Below are positions 27,090 to 34,827 of a stretch of DNA of 64,000 nucleotides, piece by piece. Position 1 is the first letter of the stretch. The number at the start of each line of letters is the position of its first letter. Location of the stretch: assembly GCA_050187875.1 (NCBI GenBank), contig JBFWXB010000020.1, positions 9,872-73,871 of the forward strand, in the 5' to 3' direction. Made by a program: the position numbers and the translations under genes. The notes beneath the pieces are model-generated. The model was not told the DNA's origin. It did no database searches and worked only from the letters and a program-made list of their open reading frames with translations. Source of the DNA: Variibacter sp. (GTDB lineage: Bacteria; Pseudomonadota; Alphaproteobacteria; Rhizobiales; Xanthobacteraceae).

Positions 27090-29173
27090 TGGCTTCGCCC
27101 GCACAGCGCAACCCGGCCAAGGTCGTCATCGGCGTCGACACGGGCGGAACCTTCACCGACGTCACGCTGCTCGATCCCGCGTCGGGGATGGTGTGGAACG
27201 CCAAAACCCCGTCGACCCCGTCGGACCCTTCGCAGGGCTTCGGCAACGGTATCGCCGAAATCCTCACCGCCTCGGGCCTCGCCGGCGGCGACGTCACGCG
27301 CGTGCTGCACGGCACGACGGTCGCGACCAATCTCATCCTCGAAGGAAAGTCTGCGCCGGCAGCACTGCTCACCACCGAGGGATTCAAATATGTGATCGAG
27401 ATCGGGCGGCAGGACGTGCCACGGCGCGCGAGCCTGTTCGCCTGGGTGAAGCCGAAGCGCCCAATTCCCCCCGAGCATATTTACGAGATCGCGGGACGCA
27501 TCGCGCCTGACGGCGGCGAACTCGACGGGCTCGACGAAAGCGCCGTGCGCCGCGCCGCGAAGGCCATCAAGGACGCCGGCATCGGCGCGGTCGCCGTCGT
27601 CTTCCTGCACAGCTACGCCAATCCAGAACATGAGCGCCGTGCCGCGGCGATCATCAAGGAGGAGCATCCCGACGCGCTCGTCTCCATTTCGAGCGACGTG
27701 CTGCCGGTGTTCCGCGAATACGAACGCAGCATGACGACGATCCTCAATGTCGCCGTCATGCCGATCGTTTCCGCTTACGTCGAACGTCTCGATCAACGCA
27801 TCGCGGAGCAGGATATCGCGGCGCCGCTGCTGCTGATGAAGTCGAGCGGCGGCGTCACCAGCGCCCGGAACGTGCGGCGCGCGCCGGTCGAAACGGCGCT
27901 GTCTGGCCCCGCAGCCGGCGCCGTCGGCGCGACCTTTGTCGGCGCGGGCGCCGGCATCAAGAATCTCATCGGCATCGACATCGGCGGAACCTCCGCCGAC
28001 GTCTGTCTCATCCACGACGGCAAGCCCGGATTGACGACCAGCGGGCACGTCGGCGCATGGCCGCTGGGATTGCCGATGGTGGACATCGTGACGATCGGCG
28101 CCGGTGGCGGCTCGATCGCGCGCGTGTCAGGCAACGGCGCCTTGACCGTTGGGCCGCAAAGCGCTGGGGCCGTACCCGGCCCGGTTTGTTACGGGCGCGG
28201 CGGCGAGGAGCCAACCGTCACCGACGCACATCTCGTTCTTGGCCATTTGCCGCCGTACCTTCTCGACGGGAAATTCGCGCTCGACGTCGAGGGCGCACGG
28301 CGCGCGGTTCACAAATCCGTCGCCGCACCGCTTGGGATGAGCATCGAAGAGGCCGCGCGCGGCATCCTCTCCATCGTCGACAACCTCATGGTCGGCGCGA
28401 TCCGCATCGTCTCCGTCGAACGCGGGCACGATCCGCGCGATTTCGCGCTGCTGCCGTTCGGCGGCGCAGGGCCACTGCATGGCGGCGCGCTCGCGCGGCT
28501 GCTCGGCATGCGCACGATTTTGGTGCCGCCCAATCCCGGCGTGCTCTCGGCGCTCGGACTGCTCGTCTCAAACCTCAAGGCGGAATTCGCGCGCACCTGC
28601 CTGCAGCGCGCAGGCGCGATCGATCTCGCCTTGGTCGCGCAAGTGTTCGGCGAGTTGCAAGCCGAAGCGGTAGCGTGGCTCGATCAGGAAGGCGTTCCGG
28701 ACGAGGCGCGCCGGATCACCTGGACGGCAAGCCTGCGCTACCAGCACCAGGGCTTCGAACTTTTCATTCCGTGGGACGTTCGCGAGGTCACGCCGGCGGC
28801 GATGGCGGCCGCGATCACCGCGTTCCACCGGACGCATGAGCGCCTCTACACCTTCGCGCAGGAAGATACGCCCGTCGAGATCGTGACGTTGCGCGTCGAC
28901 GCTCAGGGCATTTTTCCGGCGCCCGCGATGCGACAGGTGGAGGCCGGCGGCAAGTCCGAGGAAGCGATCGTCTCGCGCCAGACGATGCATCTTGCAAAAG
29001 GGTCGGTCGCGTGTCCGGTCTATGACCGCGCGCGCCTGGGCGCAGGCGTCACCGTCGAGGGGCCGGCGATCATCACGCAGCTCGACACCACGACCCTCGT
29101 TCTCGAAGGGCAGCGCGCGACGACCGATCGCGTCGGCAACCTGCTGATCGTGGAGACCACGCCGGGCCGCTGA
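27089..29173 (+). CDS. hyuA: Hydantoinase A/oxoprolinase family protein (ATP-dependent)
   Basis: The true start, ATG 27089, shares one nucleotide with the hyuB TGA. N-terminus VVIGVDTGGTFTDVTLLD and a second ATPase motif IGIDIGGTSADV. The track ORF 25574-29173 is extended upstream by an open shadow frame. Confidence 0.9.
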   Translation: MASPAQRNPAKVVIGVDTGGTFTDVTLLDPASGMVWNAKTPSTPSDPSQGFGNGIAEILTASGLAGGDVTRVLHGTTVATNLILEGKSAPAALLTTEGFKYVIEIGRQDVPRRASLFAWVKPKRPIPPEHIYEIAGRIAPDGGELDGLDESAVRRAAKAIKDAGIGAVAVVFLHSYANPEHERRAAAIIKEEHPDALVSISSDVLPVFREYERSMTTILNVAVMPIVSAYVERLDQRIAEQDIAAPLLLMKSSGGVTSARNVRRAPVETALSGPAAGAVGATFVGAGAGIKNLIGIDIGGTSADVCLIHDGKPGLTTSGHVGAWPLGLPMVDIVTIGAGGGSIARVSGNGALTVGPQSAGAVPGPVCYGRGGEEPTVTDAHLVLGHLPPYLLDGKFALDVEGARRAVHKSVAAPLGMSIEEAARGILSIVDNLMVGAIRIVSVERGHDPRDFALLPFGGAGPLHGGALARLLGMRTILVPPNPGVLSALGLLVSNLKAEFARTCLQRAGAIDLALVAQVFGELQAEAVAWLDQEGVPDEARRITWTASLRYQHQGFELFIPWDVREVTPAAMAAAITAFHRTHERLYTFAQEDTPVEIVTLRVDAQGIFPAPAMRQVEAGGKSEEAIVSRQTMHLAKGSVACPVYDRARLGAGVTVEGPAIITQLDTTTLVLEGQRATTDRVGNLLIVETTPGR

Positions 29174-29207
29174 CGCGCCAGAATCTACAAGCCATCTTTT
29201 ATGGAAA

Positions 29208-29283
29208 TGGCTCCCCGGGACTGGATTCGAACCATCGACCTGACGGGAAACAACCGCCTGCTCTACCGCTGAGCTACCAGGGA
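29208..29283 (-). tRNA. tRNA-Asn(GUU)-like gene with atypical anticodon loop and T-stem (functional status uncertain)
   Basis: Reverse complement: TCCCTGG TA GCTC AGCGGTA GAGC A GGCGG TTGTTTC CCGTC AGGTC GATGG TTCGAAT CCAGTC CCGGGGA G CCA. Acceptor and D arms are good and CCA is encoded. Position 37 is U, and the 3' T-stem strand carries one extra base. Confidence 0.6.
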
Positions 29284-29331
29284 ACGCGGCTCAACTATCC
29301 GCCTCCGTGCGAGCGGCCGCAAGGCGATTTA

Positions 29332-29348
29332 TGATTCAGAGTGAATCA
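29332..29348. promoter_or_regulatory. 17-bp palindrome TGATTCA-GAG-TGAATCA (candidate operator), with a third half-site at 29364-29370
   Basis: Read directly from the sequence. It lies in the 195-bp AT-richer gap between the tRNA-like gene (-) and the CelD-like gene (+). Confidence 0.4.
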
Positions 29349-29477
29349 GCATTTACGCAAATGTGATTCACACCGATTTGTCACTCGTTAACGATTATTC
29401 GGCGCCAGGATTGTGGGTTTATTTACGGCTCATGCTGCATTTGACGCGCGTCACTACGTCACTCTTCGCGGGGCCAT

Positions 29478-30854
29478 ATGTCGAAATCTGGCGTTGTGCC
29501 AATGCCGGTCAATCTGACCGAGTCTCGCACGGACGGAGAAGTCACGCTCCAGTGGTTCTCCGGCGCGCAGGCGGTCGAACACACGCCCGCCCAGCAAAGC
29601 GAGAGCGGTGCCAACACCGATTTTTCGACCCGCGCCGAAGACGTTTCGCTGCGTCTCTACGATAAGCTCGATGACGCGCGCGCCGACCTCGATATGCTGC
29701 AGTCGGCCGGCGCGCAGACCGCGTTCCAGAATTTCGTCTGGCTGAACGCATGGCAGCGCCATATCGGCGAGCGCCGTGGCGTTGTGCCGGCGATCGTGAT
29801 CGGGCGCGGCCGCGACGGCGCCGTCATTTTTGCACTCGCCCTGAGCATCGAGACGCGCGGCGCGATCCGGCGCCTGACATGGCTCGGCACGGATCAATGC
29901 GACTATAACGGCCCGACGCTCAGCCAAGCCTTTCCGCGGTATATCGCGCCCGACGAATTCGCTGCGCTTTGGGAGCGCATCCTGACGCTACTGCAAACGC
30001 AATCCGGCCATCCGATCGACGTCGTCGACCTCGCGAAGATGCCGGAAGAGGTTGGCGCGCAAGCCAATCCCATGCTGGTTCTGCGCACGTCGCCCAATCC
30101 CAGCGGGGCCTACATCACCAAGCTCGGCAGCGATTGGGAAGATTTCTACAAGGAGAAGCGCTCCTCGCAAACGCGGAAAAAGGAGCGGCGCCAGCTCAAG
30201 CGTCTCGCGGAGTTCGGCGAGGTCCGTTACGTCGACGTACAGGATGCCGAGGAGCGGCGCCAAACACTCGAGCTTCTCTTCACACAAAAGTCACGCGCGC
30301 TCGCGCGCATGGGCGCCAAGGACATTTTTGCGGCAGAAGATCATCGCGCTTTCTATGCGGATGTGCTCACCCGCGCGGCAAGCCACGATCTCGTGCATGT
30401 GAGCCGCCTCGATATCGGATCGACGATCGCCGCCATCACCGTCGGCCTCAAGGCCAACGGCCGGTATTATCTGATCCTTTCGAGCTACGACGACGGCGAC
30501 GTATCGAAGTACGGCCCCGGCCGCGCGCTGCTGCACGAGCTGCTGCAATACGCCATCGCACATCACTTCGACTGCTTCGATTTCACCATCGGCGACGAGC
30601 CTTACAAGATGGACTGGAGCGACAAGCGCCTGGTCCTGCACGACCACTTGTCGGCCCTCACCGCGCGCGGGCACCTCGCCGTGGCGCTCGCGACGGGGCT
30701 GCGCGCAACGAAGCGCTTCATCAAGCAGACCCCGATCCTTTGGCGCGCCTTTAGCAAAGCCCGCACATTCGCCGCGCCCTTCGGTGTCAAAATGACACAT
30801 CCACCGAAGTCGGCCGACCGCGGCCCCCCTCCGCCGTCTCACGACGAACCATGA
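29478..30854 (+). CDS. CelD/BcsL-like (FemAB-fold GNAT) acyltransferase
   Basis: 458 aa. The C-terminal half has YGPGRALLHELLQYAIAHHFDCFDFTIGDEPYKMDWSD, the pattern of CelD-type acetyltransferases linked to cellulose or polysaccharide synthesis. Confidence 0.7.
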   Translation: MSKSGVVPMPVNLTESRTDGEVTLQWFSGAQAVEHTPAQQSESGANTDFSTRAEDVSLRLYDKLDDARADLDMLQSAGAQTAFQNFVWLNAWQRHIGERRGVVPAIVIGRGRDGAVIFALALSIETRGAIRRLTWLGTDQCDYNGPTLSQAFPRYIAPDEFAALWERILTLLQTQSGHPIDVVDLAKMPEEVGAQANPMLVLRTSPNPSGAYITKLGSDWEDFYKEKRSSQTRKKERRQLKRLAEFGEVRYVDVQDAEERRQTLELLFTQKSRALARMGAKDIFAAEDHRAFYADVLTRAASHDLVHVSRLDIGSTIAAITVGLKANGRYYLILSSYDDGDVSKYGPGRALLHELLQYAIAHHFDCFDFTIGDEPYKMDWSDKRLVLHDHLSALTARGHLAVALATGLRATKRFIKQTPILWRAFSKARTFAAPFGVKMTHPPKSADRGPPPPSHDEP

Positions 30855-30912
30855 AATATTGGCAGGAAGCTTGCAGGCCTTAACGGTAAAGCACCGAAGG
30901 TCGGAGACGAAT

Positions 30913-32223
30913 ATGCGGCAAACAGACGTTGCGATCGTAGGGGGCGGCCTCGCGGGCTCCCTCGCCGCTGCCATGTTGGGCCGGGCGGGGCATCAGGTCC
31001 TGCTGATCGATCCGCACGACGTCTACCCTGTCGATTTCCGCTGCGAGAAGCTCGACGCCTCGCAGCTCGCGATCCTGCAGAAAACCGGGCTAGCCCCCGT
31101 GGTCTTCAACGCTGCCACATGGGACGAAGAAGTCTGGATCGTGCATGGCGGCCGCGTCGCCGAGCGTAAGCCGCACAACCAGATCAGCTTCCTCTACGAC
31201 ACGCTGGTTAACACGGTACGGGACGAAATCCCGGCGAATGTCGACGTCATCATCGGCAAGGCGGCCGCCATCGTCACCTCCGCCGAACACCAGACGGTAA
31301 CGCTGACGAGCGGCGATACGCTTTCGGCTCGCCTGGTGATCATGGCAACGGGTCTCAATATCGGCCTGCGTCACATGCTCGGCGTGGAGCGCGAGGTGCT
31401 CAGCGCCAATCATTCAATCAGCGTCGGCTTCGACATGCGGTCAGCCGCAGGCTCGCGCCTGCCATTCCCGGCGCTGACCTATTATGCGGATCACCCGACG
31501 GAACGCATGGCCTATATGACCCTGTTTCCGGTGCAATCGGCCATACGCGCCAATTTGTTTGTCTATCGCGACATGGCCGATCCGCTTCTGCGGACGCTGC
31601 GAAGCGATCCGCGCACGGCGCTGCTCACGCTCATGCCTGAACTTGAGCAGGTGACGGGCCCCTTCGAGGTCGAAGGCTTCGTCAAAATCCGCCCCGTCGA
31701 CCTCTGCCGCATGCAAAACTATCTGCATGCGGGCGTCGTGCTCGTCGGCGACGCGTTCGGAACGTCTTGTCCGGCGGCGGGCACCGGCGTGAACAAGGTC
31801 CTCACCGACGTCGAACGGCTCTGCAATGTCTATGTGCCGCGCTGGCTTTCGTCTCCCGGCATGAGCGTCGACAAGATCAAGGAATTCTACGACGACCCCG
31901 ATAAGCGCGAGACGGATCGAGCTTCGCTCGCGAAGGCATTCTTCTTGCGCTCGCTGTCCACCGATACAGCGGCGATCTGGAAGGCGCGGCGTCAAGGCCG
32001 CCGCCTGCGTCACACCGCCTTCGGCTTGCTGCGGCAGGTTCGTCGCAAAGCATCTTGGACCAATGGGCGTGCCGTCGCCGCGCAAGTTGGCGCGCAAGAG
32101 CCGCTGATCACGGTTTCGGCGACCCAAGGCGTCTCCATCACTCCTGCGAGCGCGTCCGGGTCAGCATCGGCATCCACACCGCTTAGCGTGCACGCAAACG
32201 TCGGCGAGGAGGCGCGTTCCTAG
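30913..32223 (+). CDS. FAD-dependent monooxygenase/oxidoreductase (geranylgeranyl-reductase-like fold)
   Basis: ORF 30859-32223 trimmed to ATG 30913. DVAIVGGGLAGSLAAAMLGRAGHQVLLID Rossmann fold and VLVGDAFGTSCPAAGTG FAD motif. Ser/Ala-rich C-terminal tail. Confidence 0.75.
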   Translation: MRQTDVAIVGGGLAGSLAAAMLGRAGHQVLLIDPHDVYPVDFRCEKLDASQLAILQKTGLAPVVFNAATWDEEVWIVHGGRVAERKPHNQISFLYDTLVNTVRDEIPANVDVIIGKAAAIVTSAEHQTVTLTSGDTLSARLVIMATGLNIGLRHMLGVEREVLSANHSISVGFDMRSAAGSRLPFPALTYYADHPTERMAYMTLFPVQSAIRANLFVYRDMADPLLRTLRSDPRTALLTLMPELEQVTGPFEVEGFVKIRPVDLCRMQNYLHAGVVLVGDAFGTSCPAAGTGVNKVLTDVERLCNVYVPRWLSSPGMSVDKIKEFYDDPDKRETDRASLAKAFFLRSLSTDTAAIWKARRQGRRLRHTAFGLLRQVRRKASWTNGRAVAAQVGAQEPLITVSATQGVSITPASASGSASASTPLSVHANVGEEARS

Positions 32224-33605
32224 TGCATGGGCGGATCGCGCGATCACATTTGTCGGGCCTTGCCACGAATCCCGCCGACGCCTTGCGCGGCGCGGTGGAT
32301 CGCCTTCGCGCGCTTTCCGCAACCTCTTCCTTTTCGTCGGCAGGGTTAGGGCGCGCTGCGAGCGGCGCATTCCTCATCCGAGTCGCAAGCGCGGCAATCG
32401 CCTTCCTGTCACAGCCGCTGCTCGCCCGATGGATGGGCAGCGACGAGTTCGGCATTTTCGCTTATGTCTGGACCTGGGCGTTGCTGATCAGCGGGATGAC
32501 CGACTTCGGCCTGTCGATCGCGGCGCAGCGCTTCATCCCCGAATATCACGAGCGTTCATCGTTCGCGCTTTTGCGAGGGTTCCTCGCCGGGAGCCGTTGG
32601 TTCACGTTCGCGGCGGCGACGGTCGGCGCCCTTCTCGCCGCGGCCGCTGTCAAGGTCTTCGAGGAACATCTCGCGCCCAATGTCGTTCTGCCGATGTATG
32701 TCGCCTGCGGGACGTTGCCTTTCTGGGGGGTAGCGATCACGCAGGACGGCATCGCGCGATCTTACGGTTGGATCGGCGTCGCGCTTCTGCCGCTTTACAT
32801 CATACGCCCGCTCGGCATTCTCGCGCTCATCTTCGTCGCCTACCTCTGCGGCTTCCCTGCAACGGCGTTGAGCATCATGCTCGCATCCGTTGTCGCAAGC
32901 GTCGCGACGGCCGCAGTTCAAGGCATGGTCGTCAATCGCCGCTTACACACGATCGTGACGGCCGGCCCGCGCGCCTATGATTTCAAGACGTGGATCGGCG
33001 CGTCCTTGCCGATCTCGATCGCCACGGCCTTCTATTATTTCCTCAGCTACGTCGATGTTCTGGTCCTGCAGGTGTACCGACCGTCGTCGGATGTCGCGAT
33101 CTATTTCGCCGTGCAGAAACTGTTGGCGCTGGTCGCGTTCGTGCATTTTTCGATCGCGGCGACGGCGGCGTACAGATTTTCGGAATTGCGCGCTGCGGGC
33201 CGCAACGAAGAGCTCGCGCAATTTTACGCCCGCTCGCGCCGCTGGACGTTCTGGCCTTCGCTTGCGGGCGTCGGCTTCCTGCTCGCTTTCGGCTGGCCGC
33301 TGCTGTGGCTGTTCGGACCGGAGTTCGTCTCGGGTTATGGCCTTATCGGAATCCTGTCGATCGGCCTCCTGGCCCGCGCCGTCATCGGCCCGGCGGAACG
33401 CCTGCTGATCATGTTCGGCCAGCAGAAAATATGCGCCCTCGTCTATACGGTCGCGTTCGTGAGCAACCTCGCCGGATGCATCCTGCTCGTGCCGCGCTTT
33501 GGCCTCGAAGGTGCGGCGGCTTCAACGGCGGCGGCACTCGTGCTGGAATCGGCTGTCCTATTCCTGCTAAGCCGCCGACAGCTCGCCGCGCCGTCGCGCG
33601 CCTGA
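32223..33605 (+). CDS. Polysaccharide biosynthesis protein, Wzx-like flippase (MOP superfamily)
   Basis: 460 aa, GTG start overlapping the upstream TAG. 12 or more hydrophobic segments. N-terminal FLSQPLLARWMGSDEFGIFAYVWTW pattern typical of PST-family flippases. Confidence 0.65.
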   Translation: MHGRIARSHLSGLATNPADALRGAVDRLRALSATSSFSSAGLGRAASGAFLIRVASAAIAFLSQPLLARWMGSDEFGIFAYVWTWALLISGMTDFGLSIAAQRFIPEYHERSSFALLRGFLAGSRWFTFAAATVGALLAAAAVKVFEEHLAPNVVLPMYVACGTLPFWGVAITQDGIARSYGWIGVALLPLYIIRPLGILALIFVAYLCGFPATALSIMLASVVASVATAAVQGMVVNRRLHTIVTAGPRAYDFKTWIGASLPISIATAFYYFLSYVDVLVLQVYRPSSDVAIYFAVQKLLALVAFVHFSIAATAAYRFSELRAAGRNEELAQFYARSRRWTFWPSLAGVGFLLAFGWPLLWLFGPEFVSGYGLIGILSIGLLARAVIGPAERLLIMFGQQKICALVYTVAFVSNLAGCILLVPRFGLEGAAASTAAALVLESAVLFLLSRRQLAAPSRA

Positions 33606-33620
33606 GCGCGACAGTTCCGA

Positions 33621-34478
33621 TCAGCCGCGCGCAGGGCTTACCGACATCGCGCGGCGGCGTCCTCGCGCCGGCCGTAGATCGGCAACAAGCTTCGCCACAA
33701 CGGCCGCGAGCGTCGCCGCGAACACCCACCACGCCGGGCGGATCTCGATATCGAGCGCGAGGTTCGCGCCCAGCACGCGCCAGGGATCGACACCGGTCTT
33801 GACGCCGAACCACAGCGCCTCGAGCACCGCCGTGAGCAGTGCGCACGCGATGGACAGGACCGTCAGCCCCTTCCAGCCAAGCTCGCCGCCATAGTGGTTC
33901 ATCAGGCGGTAGCCGAAAAGCCAGAGCGTGAGGCCGGCCATCACGGTCGGCTCGTAAATCTCGATCTTCTTCTGCAACAGGAAATGGACGATCGCGAGCG
34001 CGGCGATCCCATAGGTCACGCGATGCAGCGCCGTCCAGCGCGGCCCCATCCGCCGGATTACGGCGTCGAACGAGGTCGCGCCGAGCGCGATCAAGCCGAT
34101 GAGCGCGACGAAGCCGATGGTGAGATAGAAGCGCAGCACGATCTCGCTCGCCACGACGAAGAGATTGTATTTCTGGTCCATGATGTAGAGCGCGAGATGC
34201 AGCAGCGCATAGGCGAGCGCGGCAACGCCGAGCGTGCGGCGCGCGAGGATGAGCTTGCCGCTCCCAAGAAGCCGCCGCGCCGGCGAGATCAGCAACGAAA
34301 GAAGCAGCAGGCGAACCGCCCACTCGCCGGTGAAATGAATGGCCTCCGTGATCGGACGCGCGCCGAGGTTATTGAACTGGAATCGGCCGTAGAGCCAGAG
34401 CGCCGGCACGATCGCGACGAGAAACGCCACGATCTTCTCCGGCGACCAGCGCCCACTCTTCTCACGCAGGAAAGCCAT
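33621..34478 (-). CDS. Ferric-reductase-like transmembrane protein (MsrQ/YedZ family)
   Basis: ORF 33621-34580 trimmed to ATG 34478 (MAFLREKSGRW). Paired histidines in TM helices (AYALLHLALY, ALAIVHFLL), as in MsrQ haem-binding subunits. About 285 aa. Confidence 0.65.
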   Translation of the reverse strand: MAFLREKSGRWSPEKIVAFLVAIVPALWLYGRFQFNNLGARPITEAIHFTGEWAVRLLLLSLLISPARRLLGSGKLILARRTLGVAALAYALLHLALYIMDQKYNLFVVASEIVLRFYLTIGFVALIGLIALGATSFDAVIRRMGPRWTALHRVTYGIAALAIVHFLLQKKIEIYEPTVMAGLTLWLFGYRLMNHYGGELGWKGLTVLSIACALLTAVLEALWFGVKTGVDPWRVLGANLALDIEIRPAWWVFAATLAAVVAKLVADLRPARGRRRAMSVSPARG

Positions 34479-34670
34479 CGGTGCGCAGTCGCTCCAAAAA
34501 TCTCCGAAATGCGGCACGCACCGCGTCACCTGCTTGTACGATGCAAACCCTGCTTCGCACCTCAATCTGCCGTCAAACAACCGTGAACGCGATGAATCAC
34601 CCTGCCGCGGCCGCGTCGCGGGTCCCGGTCCGGCCTTAATCGCGCCTGCTTGCCAACGAGCCCGGACAGT

Positions 34671-34690
34671 CTCTATACATTATAGCGACG
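34671..34690. promoter_or_regulatory. AT-rich palindrome CTATA-CAT-TATAG upstream of modA (candidate molybdate-responsive operator)
   Basis: ctCTATAcatTATAGcgacg read from the sequence, about 140 nt upstream of the modA ATG. It resembles TATA-type ModE/Mop boxes, but the spacing differs from the E. coli consensus. Confidence 0.3.
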
Positions 34691-34827
34691 AACTTATGAT
34701 GCTGGCTGTCGTGCACGCCCGGATGGGCACTCAGCCGCGAAGTGATCGTGAAGCGCCGTTCGTCGCCATCGCCCCGGGGGATATGCCGCCGGTCATGTCC
34801 ACGCGCAAACCTTGCGCGGAGCCCGTC

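Noticed and set aside
25574-29173. 1199-aa ORF that would be by far the largest protein in the window
   Set aside because: Its first approximately 505 codons are an open shadow frame over hyuB, rich in Arg, Ala, Pro and Gly with no motifs. The recognisable HyuA sequence starts at ATG 27089 (MASPAQRNPAKVVIGVDTGGTFTD), exactly at the hyuB stop.
29174-33605. Genomic island integrated at the tRNA-like gene
   Set aside because: There is no integrase, no direct repeat of the tRNA 3' end and no obvious composition shift in the flanking genes. The tRNA 3' end faces hyuA rather than the polysaccharide genes.
34690-34827. Moco riboswitch in the modA leader
   Set aside because: I could not recognise the conserved Moco motif elements by eye. 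It is left as a check (Rfam/Infernal) rather than a call.
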